Below are positions 10,101 through 17,663 of a stretch of 28,943 bases of DNA, piece by piece (position 1 is the stretch's first letter; every line of letters begins with the position of its first letter). This DNA comes from an uncultured Cytophagales bacterium. GTDB lineage: Bacteria > Bacteroidota > Bacteroidia > Cytophagales > Bernardetiaceae. The translations under genes and the position numbers were made by a program. Where the stretch lies: assembly GCA_964570645.1 (NCBI GenBank), contig CAZNAK010000001.1:1-28943 (forward strand), read 5' to 3'. A model generated the notes under the pieces. It did no database searches and was not told where the DNA came from. It saw nothing but the letters and a program-made list of their open reading frames with translations.

Positions 10101-10862
10101 CGGGTTTTCCATAACGAAGAAGGGCTTTCGTTCCGCCCCATCCCAAAGAAAGATATTTCCGTTTCGTAGTCCAATCAGAATTTCATCATTTTTAGCGGGC
10201 AAAATAAACGCCATGGACTCATTCCCTAGGTCTTCCAGCCCTGCAACAGGCTCAAATGTCCCATTTTTATATTCAAGCAGTCCTTTACCATTTTGATTAA
10301 CGAGGAGACGATCATTGACAAAGTAAGTTCTCCGGTCAAAGAAGTTTCCACTAGGGGCTTCCAGAACCGTCAGCTTGTCTTCCTTCAAAAAGAAGAGAGC
10401 CTCATTACTACTAAATATAATGCCATAGGGAGTTTCTAAAATGCCCCAGACATCGTTATACGTCAATTCTGGATCAGGTAATTTTTCGCCAAGTCCCTCA
10501 AAAACGAGTGTTCCTTTTTCATCACGGGAGAAAAAGCCAAATTCTCCCTGTCCTCCTACGTAGATGCGCTGTGACTCACCATCTATGTGTATCGAGCGCA
10601 TCGTCGTATTATTACCTGTTGTGTGTGTCTTCCAAAAGGTCCCATCGAACTCAACCAAGCCTAAATTATTAGCAAAGTACATGAGGCCATTTTCAGCTTG
10701 GGCAGAAAACCAATTTTGGGTACTAGCTTGATACTCCTTAGGAGGATAATAATGGTGGAATGGTCGTCCGCGCTCCTCCTTTCTTTGCGCACGAGAGGTT
10801 GAGCCTAGGAAGCCAAAAAAAATTACAAAGAGATGAAGATATGTTAAGACTCGCTGCGGCAA
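7134..10862 (-). CDS. Membrane sensor PP2C phosphatase: periplasmic beta-propellers + Y_Y_Y, TM, coiled coil, GAF, SpoIIE/PP2C (SiaA/RsbU-like)
   Basis: 1242 aa, TTG start, signal peptide (SRA|Q). HTCS-type propeller repeats (GLMYFANNLGLVEFDG, DLWISLDKG, SLWAGTYGSG); YSNLWEGKYTFSVRGRN (Y_Y_Y); TM WWAYLGYVIIAALTLFLSI; GAF (SVIYLPLVVEDTSLGVLTVQS); PP2C motifs VSGDFYW, VADCTGHGVPGAFMS, DGMDI, YTDG, RDDI. Confidence 0.92.
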   Translation of the reverse strand: MPQRVLTYLHLFVIFFGFLGSTSRAQRKEERGRPFHHYYPPKEYQASTQNWFSAQAENGLMYFANNLGLVEFDGTFWKTHTTGNNTTMRSIHIDGESQRIYVGGQGEFGFFSRDEKGTLVFEGLGEKLPDPELTYNDVWGILETPYGIIFSSNEALFFLKEDKLTVLEAPSGNFFDRRTYFVNDRLLVNQNGKGLLEYKNGTFEPVAGLEDLGNESMAFILPAKNDEILIGLRNGNIFLWDGAERKPFFVMENPPTFTNMLYRGSGDEEEGYVFSSLDGRVAVAAPDGSEVDMLKDQVGIASSVFYAHFDRERDLWISLDKGIVKVEYSSTLSKWDKQSGLKGNVTGAVRHQGKIFAHTSDNHFVLEENNRFYPLSKDEKQSWNGKSITLPGGKKTLLLANNGGVFEFKDGKLSIIAGVNNNSTSIIQDRSNPEIFYAGSNEGVTVIRYDTGNWTRLRFIEVSPLIRNMVQAVDGSLWAGTYGSGYVHVIAPLSPTPKVKVYNDDKYGIPVKYLFETFVYQIGKELVFANGGGVHRWTGEVFEVDERFEDYFLFTESRHVNWVGKKGNYIWISGFNTRQTPVAKAKMVTRNEWEWELIPELQRLPEALENFLYVEADGKLWTANSEGLFLYNPIEKFELTPLLPVLIREVVVNDSLLFSQYDGTKTPPPLELNSDQRSVIFRYALPFFESEQANLYQFKLETKNESSEWSPWTTETKKEYSNLWEGKYTFSVRGRNALGQVSEASTIRFSIAPPWFRTWWAYLGYVIIAALTLFLSIQWNTRRVRRKNKQLEQTVADRTKQIQEQTVELRKEKQKVERAFENVKTLSDIGQKITAQLDTEQLIKEVYANVNELMPAEAFGIGVLNRERQQLEFRGFMEEGEELPFDAESLNDVSSPAVRCYHTQEEVFINDVDNELRDYLDQVELKAHAGKIPQSVIYLPLVVEDTSLGVLTVQSFEKNTYGERDLTFLRTLGSYVSIALANSRMYTNIQKENRRTIDSLRYAQTIQNAVLPPAEELSRIGCEYFVLFRPRDIVSGDFYWAAQVDETWFVVVADCTGHGVPGAFMSMIGNTLLNEIVIERAVREPAEILENLHLELRNALHQEGGANEDGMDISLCRIKDNEIVYSGASQSLIYYDAGEKQVKKYRGTRRSIGGRQRGRKAFEQETFVLEKGSTLYLYTDGIIDQNSPEGGRKFGSMKFFELIKRIVSLPLKEQGHEIQEALNSHQRSMEQRDDISVLGIRL

Positions 10863-10909
10863 CGCTATTCGATTAAGTAGAACAATAAATATACAAATTT
10901 CCGATAAAC

Positions 10910-11362
10910 TTAGGACTTTAAAATCTCGTCAATGATGTTTAAATGATGTCTTGTATGAATACGCATGAACTTCTGGGTATTCTTTAGGTTCATTTTACCA
11001 AAGTAGGGGTGTTCAAAATGATTTTTAGGGTGTAAACTAGGCAGTTTTCTTAGTATACCGTGTGTTTGCCGTAGCTGTTCATTAAGTTCTTCGATACTTT
11101 TTGGTTTTTCTGGGGCAACTTGCTTAGGTGATTTACCTACACCTCGAGGAATACCCCTTAATTTAACAAACTGCCACGAAATATTAAACGTAGGACGAGA
11201 TACATCAGGGTTAGAGCGTTCTAATGCTTGTGTAATTTTAATAAGCACTTGCATCGAGTGGTCTAAATGCCAGCCTACATCTGTTGTGGAGACGGTTTCA
11301 CTTTTCGTGCGTGCCTCAGGGATATACTCCTCAAGTTGTCTCAATTCTTTTTCAAAATTCAT
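10910..11362 (-). CDS. DinB/DUF1569-like four-helix metalloprotein
   Basis: VGWHLDHS ... HPYFGKMN ... HTRHHL is the three-His DinB superfamily pattern. Confidence 0.8.
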   Translation of the reverse strand: MNFEKELRQLEEYIPEARTKSETVSTTDVGWHLDHSMQVLIKITQALERSNPDVSRPTFNISWQFVKLRGIPRGVGKSPKQVAPEKPKSIEELNEQLRQTHGILRKLPSLHPKNHFEHPYFGKMNLKNTQKFMRIHTRHHLNIIDEILKS

Positions 11363-11386
11363 ACTCGGGAAATACTTTTTAATGGC

Positions 11387-12319
11387 TCATTTTCGATTCA
11401 AGACGTACCGCATCTTTAGTTCGTAAGAGAACTGCACGGCGGGTTCAACGATCTCAGGGTTGAGCACACGATCGTACGTGTTATAGGGCAGCTTATCATA
11501 AAAATATGTTTGCGCTTTCCCCGCACGGGTAGTTGTTTTGAACTCCCCTTGTGGCAGTTGCGCACTTCGATAAGCGGAGTAACTTTCGTATCGCTCGACG
11601 GGATAAGTGCTTGCTAAATTTTCCTTAAGAATTTTATAACGAATGTGATCTCCCGAGAACCCGACCCCTAGCTTCTCGAAGCCTTCTAACTTTTCCTGTG
11701 TGAGTACAATAGCCTCACGTCGTAAGGAATCATAGACGGAATTTAATGTGTTTTGAGCGACAACGTAATCTACCTTTACTAGCTCATAAATCTCCACTTC
11801 TGCGGCTTTCAACATAATTTGATCTAGTTTCTGAATATCAGAAAAACTGATGTGAATGTTCTTGGTCAGTTCAAAGCCCGTAGGTACTTCGTTGGCATTT
11901 TTACTAAATATCTTTTTTTCAATTTCGTAGGAGTAAGTCGGCACCTGCGCAATGAAATCAATGTAAATATCGGTTTTTTCAACGATACCCTGTTCAATAA
12001 GGCTGTTTGAAAAAGTTTTGATACGCTGTTCTGCCGTCTGATTGCACGTAATGGCTGTTTTACCTGTCTGCCTTAAACTAAGAATAGCAACGTAAGCCTC
12101 TGCGGGTACATTTATCAGTAGCCGTGTCTGTATCTCAAGAGTAGAGTCATTCAAGAAACCTAGCTTACGATCAGAAGAGCTTACATTTCTGTCATTCAGA
12201 AAATTGTAATAGGTTTGACTGCGGGCGCGTTCCTGGACTTGCTTGGAGTATCCGCCCCTGACCTGAGCCTTAACATGAAAAGAAAGAATAAGGGAAACAA
12301 CGATAAGTAGATAACGCAT
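11387..12319 (-). CDS. SIMPL (DUF541) domain secreted protein
   Basis: Signal peptide (VKA|Q); GFELTKNIHISF, EIYELVKVDY, Y..LR.EAI...EK...LG, EPAVQFSYELKM.Y typical of Bacteroidota SIMPL proteins. Confidence 0.75.
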   Translation of the reverse strand: MRYLLIVVSLILSFHVKAQVRGGYSKQVQERARSQTYYNFLNDRNVSSSDRKLGFLNDSTLEIQTRLLINVPAEAYVAILSLRQTGKTAITCNQTAEQRIKTFSNSLIEQGIVEKTDIYIDFIAQVPTYSYEIEKKIFSKNANEVPTGFELTKNIHISFSDIQKLDQIMLKAAEVEIYELVKVDYVVAQNTLNSVYDSLRREAIVLTQEKLEGFEKLGVGFSGDHIRYKILKENLASTYPVERYESYSAYRSAQLPQGEFKTTTRAGKAQTYFYDKLPYNTYDRVLNPEIVEPAVQFSYELKMRYVLNRK

Positions 12320-12362
12320 AAAAAAAGTGGTGATTCTTCATGCAAGATACACCACTTTTTTT
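12320..12362. terminator. Bidirectional intrinsic-terminator-like hairpin abutting the SIMPL start codon
   Basis: AAAAAAAGTGGTG-attcttcatgcaagata-CACCACTTTTTTT: perfect 13-bp arms including A7/T7, with extra TCTT/AAGA pairing inside. Confidence 0.7.
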
Positions 12363-12400
12363 GAAAAGCGTAATATGATAAGTCTTATTACAGTTGAGTA

Positions 12401-12832
12401 CTACCGGTGGAAGCCCAAAACAGCGGCACCACAGAAGTTTTTCGAGTTTCGGAACTCAAACTTGAGATAGTAAATACCCGTAGCTTCACACTTGTACGTG
12501 ATACCATTCATGAACTTTTCGTTTATGAACGAAGTACCGACTTGATTTCGCTTAGAATCATAGAGCGTAGCAATGATTCCCATAGCACCGCCATCTTTAC
12601 TAGCGATACGAATGCGATAGTCAGTGTCTTTACTAAAAACGCAAGTATATTCGATAGTCTTACGACGACCCCCACGCCCGTCAATACGATAACTTTTTAC
12701 GAAGGTGTGATCCTCCAGTCTGCTCAAGGCAACGCTAGTAAGCGTTCCTGTGTCGCATTGTGCTTCAGCGGCTTCTGGCCTTGCCCAGATTAGGCAAACA
12801 AATACGCTCAAAATGACCAATAATCTTTTCAT
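12401..12832 (-). CDS. Small secreted Cys-rich beta-sandwich protein (PPC-like domain)
   Basis: 143 aa, signal peptide (AEA|Q), 4 Cys in the mature part. YRIRIAS...ATLYDS...TGIYYLKF pattern resembles bacterial pre-peptidase C-terminal domains. Confidence 0.75.
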   Translation of the reverse strand: MKRLLVILSVFVCLIWARPEAAEAQCDTGTLTSVALSRLEDHTFVKSYRIDGRGGRRKTIEYTCVFSKDTDYRIRIASKDGGAMGIIATLYDSKRNQVGTSFINEKFMNGITYKCEATGIYYLKFEFRNSKNFCGAAVLGFHR

Positions 12833-12909
12833 AACTTAGTGTTTTGATGAAAAAGTGCTTTCTTGTTTTAGAATAGAAACAATGATAGTGTGAAAAACAG
12901 AGTTTATAA

Positions 12910-13839
12910 TTAGCTTTCGCTCACCATTTCATTTCGGATTGAGCGTATTAGATTGATGATTTGGTTTAAATCTTCATCTGTGACTTCCACAAAGGTTTTG
13001 GTAGTAGATTCAATGACAATCTCATCACCAACAACTTTCATAACGGGTTGTCCTTTTTGTTCAACGATATCGACTTTCTCGTAAGCTGTTTTTAGCTCAT
13101 TGAGGTTTTTAATCAATCCCTCGAAGTAAGGTTTTCCTTTGTACACTTCTAGAACTAACAAAATCCTTTCCAAAACAATTTTTTGCTCACCGATCTTTTC
13201 TTTGAGTTTCCCATTAGCACTCTCTTGGTACACCAAAGAGGTGATGTAAGAGGCTTCCATCCAGCCTCCTGTAAGAATGAGTATGCTTAAATAATCTCGA
13301 CGCTGTTTGGAGAGATGGAAATTTATTTTCTCAAAGTTTGAAGTCGTCAGTTGTAGTAACGAGTCCAAGTTGTCAGTATTATTTGTCAGTCGCTTGATCG
13401 TTTTATAGTCAAAAAATTGACCGATGTTTAACCCATCTGCAAGCTTTTTAACGGAGTTCAAGTAGTTTAGTGCGTCTTGATTTACCTCATAAATATTGGC
13501 ATAACCAAGATCGGTACTGTAAACCCCAAGGTTTAAAGCTTTTTTATAGTTTGTTGTGTAGCTATCTACGGACTTTGGGTCATTCAAGTCGTCCTTTTGG
13601 TACTCTGTCCCGATGTCTTTTATCAAAAATGCCACTTCGAGTGGATTGGGTATGGACTTAATAATATTAGGAATTTGATCTTCTTTGAGTTGACGAGCCG
13701 CTTCAGTAGACTCTTCAGCATCTGTATTAGTCACAGGAGTTTCGGTATCCGCACCTTCTTGCTCTTCAGGAGCGGCACCACCGCAACTTGCCAGCGTAGT
13801 GATCAGGGCAATAGATAGGAAATAGAGTATAGTTTTCAT
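12910..13839 (-). CDS. Alpha-helical hypothetical lipoprotein
   Basis: Preferred ATG at 13839 (MKTILYFLSIALITTLASC, lipobox). Acidic linker, then a helical domain (IPNPLE, KALNLGVYSTDLGY, ILTGGWMEASY). The track's start at 13863 is TTG. Confidence 0.85.
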   Translation of the reverse strand: MKTILYFLSIALITTLASCGGAAPEEQEGADTETPVTNTDAEESTEAARQLKEDQIPNIIKSIPNPLEVAFLIKDIGTEYQKDDLNDPKSVDSYTTNYKKALNLGVYSTDLGYANIYEVNQDALNYLNSVKKLADGLNIGQFFDYKTIKRLTNNTDNLDSLLQLTTSNFEKINFHLSKQRRDYLSILILTGGWMEASYITSLVYQESANGKLKEKIGEQKIVLERILLVLEVYKGKPYFEGLIKNLNELKTAYEKVDIVEQKGQPVMKVVGDEIVIESTTKTFVEVTDEDLNQIINLIRSIRNEMVSES

Positions 13840-13911
13840 GATCGGTTGCATCTGGTTAGACAATTGATACTGCTAATATACAATAATCAAAGTAAAGAAA
13901 AAGTCATTTTT

Positions 13912-16900
13912 CTATTCTTCTTTTTTAACCGTTCCTCTAGCAGGTAGCTTGAGCGTAGAGAACCAGTGAAGAACTTTTTTGAGGGTCTCAAAATAAAGCG
14001 TAATGCAAAGCAAAACTGTCATTAACCAAATAACCGCTACGTTAAATCCGTATGTATCAAACAAACCACCTCCAAAGTGTTTGTAGGGCATAAAAAACTG
14101 TGCCCGATAATCAAAGAAATTCTTTTCGGCGGGATCTATCACATGAAAGATAGGGTTCATAAGCTGTACTAACCGATTATCTTTTCGCTGAATGTACTCG
14201 GCACCGATAAAGTTATTTCTGACCGCGTCCGCAACTTTTTCAGATTCGTACATATCTTCCAGATATTTAATATTTGGACTACTCGGATTCATCTCCATTG
14301 CATATTTCACAGAGTCCACTACCTCCTCGGCTTTATTAAACTCTAGATTGTAATAATACCGGAGTTGCTCTAACATATCGCGTAAGCCAATGGCAGTTTC
14401 CTGATTGAAGCCTTTGAGCGTCAAATCGGTATTCAGGGCACGGTCAACGGTCTCGTTTAGATCATCAGCCTTGATATCCTTTTGAATCAATTTGAGTTTT
14501 TGTAGCTCTGCACTTAATAAATCCAGATCACTTTGTAGCTCTCTACGTAAAGAATCGTTCGCATTCTCACGGTATTCGAGGACGCGGTCAATGATACGTT
14601 CAATCTCTGGAATCCAGTGGCTACGTTGATAATTTGCCTGACTCTTCTTGAGTTCTTCTGGATAGAATATTTTTTGGTACTCATTCCCTTTAGCCTGCTG
14701 TACCATTAACGCCTCATAAGCCCATCGCGAGGCAAAAAAGTCTGCTAAAAGAGGTACTTGTCCCTCTTCTGAGATCGCTGTGTGCATTTGATCAAAGCGA
14801 AAAATTGCACCACTAAGAATCATTTGGGGAATTAAAAGTATTGGAATCAGGATATATACGGCTACTGCCGAGCTAAATGAAGCAGAAATATTTAGTCCCA
14901 ATACATTTGCAAAGCAAGAAACTGTAAATAGTACACCCCAGTAGGTTAGCCACATCCCACTGATCTCAAGTATTGAATTACCGATAAGGACAAAAGTTAA
15001 CGACTGAATTGCCGATAAAGTAAAGAGAATTAGTACTTTGGAAGACAGGTAACTAAACCGGCTAAGATTTAGGAACGACTCCCGCCGTTGTATTTTTCGG
15101 TCTCGTATAATCTCCTCAGCACTCACGGAAAGCCCCATGAAAAGCGATACGATGACCGCAATGAGGATGTAAGCAGGTAAATTGTCATTAAAACGAAAAA
15201 TATACTGTCCTTCGGGCCCATTGTAGTAACGGACAATTACGGAGAGGAACAGTGCCAATATAGGTGCCTCAATTAGGTTAATAACCATGTACTGGGTATT
15301 GCTGATCTTGGAGAGAAAGTCTCGAACAATAAAAATTGAGGTTTGCTTTAGTTTATTCGGGATATGAAGACTAGAGTCAGGAGCGTCAACGACTTCCGTA
15401 ACCTCCTGAATATCATGAGATACTTTGTACTGCTCATGCCACTCAGGAGGAGTGACCTTACGGACAGCAGTGAACTGGCCAAACTCATCTACTACCCGTG
15501 CTTCAATGAGATTAAAAATCAATTCGACATTTACGTTACCACAAGTGTTGCATTGCCCTGCATCACTGCCAATCTGATTGGTCGCTTGTTTGAAATAAGT
15601 AACTGCCGCAACGGGATTACCATAAAAAACGGGGTATCCACCCGTATCCATAATAAACATCTTATCAAACATCTTGAAGATGTCAGAAGATGGCTGGTGA
15701 ATAACCACAAAAATCAATTTCCCCTTGAGGGTTAGCTCTTTAAGAAGGTCAATCACATTCTCGGAGTCTCGTGAGGAAAGCCCAGACGTAGGCTCGTCCA
15801 CAAACATAACCGATGGCTCGCGAATCAACTCCAAGGCAATATTCAGACGCTTACGCTGACCGCCACTGATTTTCTTATTGAGAGGACTACCTACCTTGAG
15901 ATGTTTAATGTGATTTAGCCCCAAACTTAAAAGCACTTCATCGACTTTCTGTCGTACCTCCTTGTCGGATAAGTTATCAAAACACAGTTTAGCATTGTAG
16001 TATAAGTTTTGAAAAACGGTCAGATCTTCCATCAGGAGGTCATCCTGAGCCACGTAGCCTATCACACCCTCAATGCGCTCCTGCTCTGTGTGTATATTAA
16101 ATCCATTAATATTGACTGTTCCCTTATACGGCGTTTCTAGGCCCGCCATCACGTTGAGTAGCGTCGTTTTGCCTGCTCCCGAAGCTCCCATGATTCCTAT
16201 CAAACGTCCCGCGCTCTCCGAGATGTTAATATTTCGAAGTCCAATGTGGTCATTGGGAAAACGAAACTCTAGGTCTTTTACGTTAAAAGATAGCTTTGTC
16301 GCCGTAGTATCGGCCTTGTAAGTAGCAACTAAGTCGCTGTAATAAAGCGGCTTACCGCGAGGCGTACGAAATACGCTTCCATGAGAGAATAGCGTAATAT
16401 TGTCTTTCTTGAAGAGTTGCCCATTCAGGAAGATCTCATCGTTTCCTGTATATTTTGTGAAGTAAAGCCCAACAGAAGAGACATAAAGGAAGATAATTTC
16501 ACCATCAAGGAGTTTAGAATCAATGTAACGCCGTTTTGTCTCAGCAGGTGGCTCCTCTTCATCAAAAACTAAGAAATCCTCATGGTCGATGACTTGATAA
16601 GAGTCGTCGGCACGAACAAAGCTTTCTATCAGATTATATTGATCTTTGGGAATGTTGAATACCTCAGCAACCGTATCAATGATCTCCATACGGTGTTTGG
16701 TAAACTTGTTGTCAGCGGCGAGCATCTCAAGAAGCTTGAAAAGAACAATCGTCTTTTGTTGCTGTGTGAGTGTTTTGTTGATCCTTCGACAGATTCCTAA
16801 AACCCTCACTGAGTCAACGGTACTTGTATCGTCACTTTCGGCTTTTCTTTTTGCTCGTTTCCAGGCTCGATACTCTTTTTTAGCTACGGAGTCGCTTTTA

Positions 16901-17130
16901 TCTCGTCCCTTCCAATCAAATTCATCAGGAACCTCTACGGGTTTTGGCGCGTGTTGGCCATACTCGGCCATTTTATCATAGAGGTCAACATATTCCTTTA
17001 CGGTTTTTGTATCTAACTCCTGCTTAAAATAGCGAATAACAAAGTTGCGTTCGCCATCTGTTACACCACCATCCTGTTTAGAGATAATGGCAAAAAGTTG
17101 AGTTAGTGCTTTTAGTATTTCTTCACTCAT
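13912..17130 (-). CDS. ABCG-like fused ABC transporter: TerB-like N-terminal domain + NBD + ABC2-type TMD with large extracytoplasmic helical insert
   Basis: Walker A GASGAGKT (16165-16188), Q-loop YVAQDD, signature ISGGQRKR, Walker B VMFVDEPTSGL, H-loop VIHQP. NBD precedes TMD; E(I)IRDRKI..RE and SRWAYEAL ABCG-type motifs; N-terminal L..L.....DG.VT..E / AAD TerB-like helices. Confidence 0.92.
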   Translation of the reverse strand: MSEEILKALTQLFAIISKQDGGVTDGERNFVIRYFKQELDTKTVKEYVDLYDKMAEYGQHAPKPVEVPDEFDWKGRDKSDSVAKKEYRAWKRAKRKAESDDTSTVDSVRVLGICRRINKTLTQQQKTIVLFKLLEMLAADNKFTKHRMEIIDTVAEVFNIPKDQYNLIESFVRADDSYQVIDHEDFLVFDEEEPPAETKRRYIDSKLLDGEIIFLYVSSVGLYFTKYTGNDEIFLNGQLFKKDNITLFSHGSVFRTPRGKPLYYSDLVATYKADTTATKLSFNVKDLEFRFPNDHIGLRNINISESAGRLIGIMGASGAGKTTLLNVMAGLETPYKGTVNINGFNIHTEQERIEGVIGYVAQDDLLMEDLTVFQNLYYNAKLCFDNLSDKEVRQKVDEVLLSLGLNHIKHLKVGSPLNKKISGGQRKRLNIALELIREPSVMFVDEPTSGLSSRDSENVIDLLKELTLKGKLIFVVIHQPSSDIFKMFDKMFIMDTGGYPVFYGNPVAAVTYFKQATNQIGSDAGQCNTCGNVNVELIFNLIEARVVDEFGQFTAVRKVTPPEWHEQYKVSHDIQEVTEVVDAPDSSLHIPNKLKQTSIFIVRDFLSKISNTQYMVINLIEAPILALFLSVIVRYYNGPEGQYIFRFNDNLPAYILIAVIVSLFMGLSVSAEEIIRDRKIQRRESFLNLSRFSYLSSKVLILFTLSAIQSLTFVLIGNSILEISGMWLTYWGVLFTVSCFANVLGLNISASFSSAVAVYILIPILLIPQMILSGAIFRFDQMHTAISEEGQVPLLADFFASRWAYEALMVQQAKGNEYQKIFYPEELKKSQANYQRSHWIPEIERIIDRVLEYRENANDSLRRELQSDLDLLSAELQKLKLIQKDIKADDLNETVDRALNTDLTLKGFNQETAIGLRDMLEQLRYYYNLEFNKAEEVVDSVKYAMEMNPSSPNIKYLEDMYESEKVADAVRNNFIGAEYIQRKDNRLVQLMNPIFHVIDPAEKNFFDYRAQFFMPYKHFGGGLFDTYGFNVAVIWLMTVLLCITLYFETLKKVLHWFSTLKLPARGTVKKEE

Positions 17131-17178
17131 GTAATAAGAAGATTAAAACCGTGTTCGAGCCGCTTAAAAAAAGTATCG

Positions 17179-17215
17179 GCACACTTTTATACCTTTTGAA
17201 AGACAAAAAGTGTGC
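17179..17215 (-). terminator. Hairpin between siaC and the ABC gene (possible attenuator or weak terminator)
   Basis: GCACACTTTT...AAAAGTGTGC perfect 10-bp arms plus inner CTTT/AAAG. On the minus strand it is followed after 6 nt by a T7 run. Confidence 0.5.
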
Positions 17216-17222
17216 TAAACCC

Positions 17223-17591
17223 TTAGTAAGTATTAAACTCGAAAGGAATATCCTCAACCAAATCTGAAAATTCTTCGCCTGCCTCTTCCATATCTTCGTC
17301 ATCTTCATGGTAATACCACATGATGACCGTACCCTCAATTTCTTCGAGCTTCGATAAGATGTCAAGGATCAGTTTGGAAGAAGCCGTATTAAAATATTCA
17401 AGACGAAAGTTAAAGCGTGTCTCAGCTAATTTTTCAGCTTTATAACGCTCCAGCCAGTCCAAAATAGGTTGATAAAATTCTGCCGCATCTTCAGGCAGAG
17501 AACGCCCCGAAATCTCGAAGTGGGATTCTTGCTTGTTGAGGACGACCGCCGGGGTATCTTCTGTTCCGGGAAGGTTGATAACTTCCAGCAT
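17223..17591 (-). CDS. siaC: SiaC-family (DUF1987) phospho-switch protein
   Basis: TEDTPAV, ISGRSLPEDAAEFY.P..DW, LEYFNTASSK (Thr equivalent to the SiaC phosphosite), WYY.EDDEDM.EAGEEF. Confidence 0.92.
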   Translation of the reverse strand: MLEVINLPGTEDTPAVVLNKQESHFEISGRSLPEDAAEFYQPILDWLERYKAEKLAETRFNFRLEYFNTASSKLILDILSKLEEIEGTVIMWYYHEDDEDMEEAGEEFSDLVEDIPFEFNTY

Positions 17592-17640
17592 ATTCGTGTA
17601 TGGTTACGGGTTAGTTAAATTCGTTTTTATTCAGAGAATA

Positions 17641-17648
17641 CAAAAGTA
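17641..17648 (-). promoter_or_regulatory. Candidate -7 box (TACTTTTG) between siaB and siaC
   Basis: Plus-strand CAAAAGTA is TAnnTTTG on the minus strand, in the 72-nt gap. No -33 box seen; could be chance. Confidence 0.3.
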
Positions 17649-17663
17649 CAAAATCTCTCATGG

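Noticed and set aside
4170-17130. TerC gene and TerB-like ABC domain in one window suggesting a Ter stress cluster
   Set aside because: They are about 9 kb apart with unrelated genes between, and there is no TerA/D/Z. Stand-alone TerC is ubiquitous.
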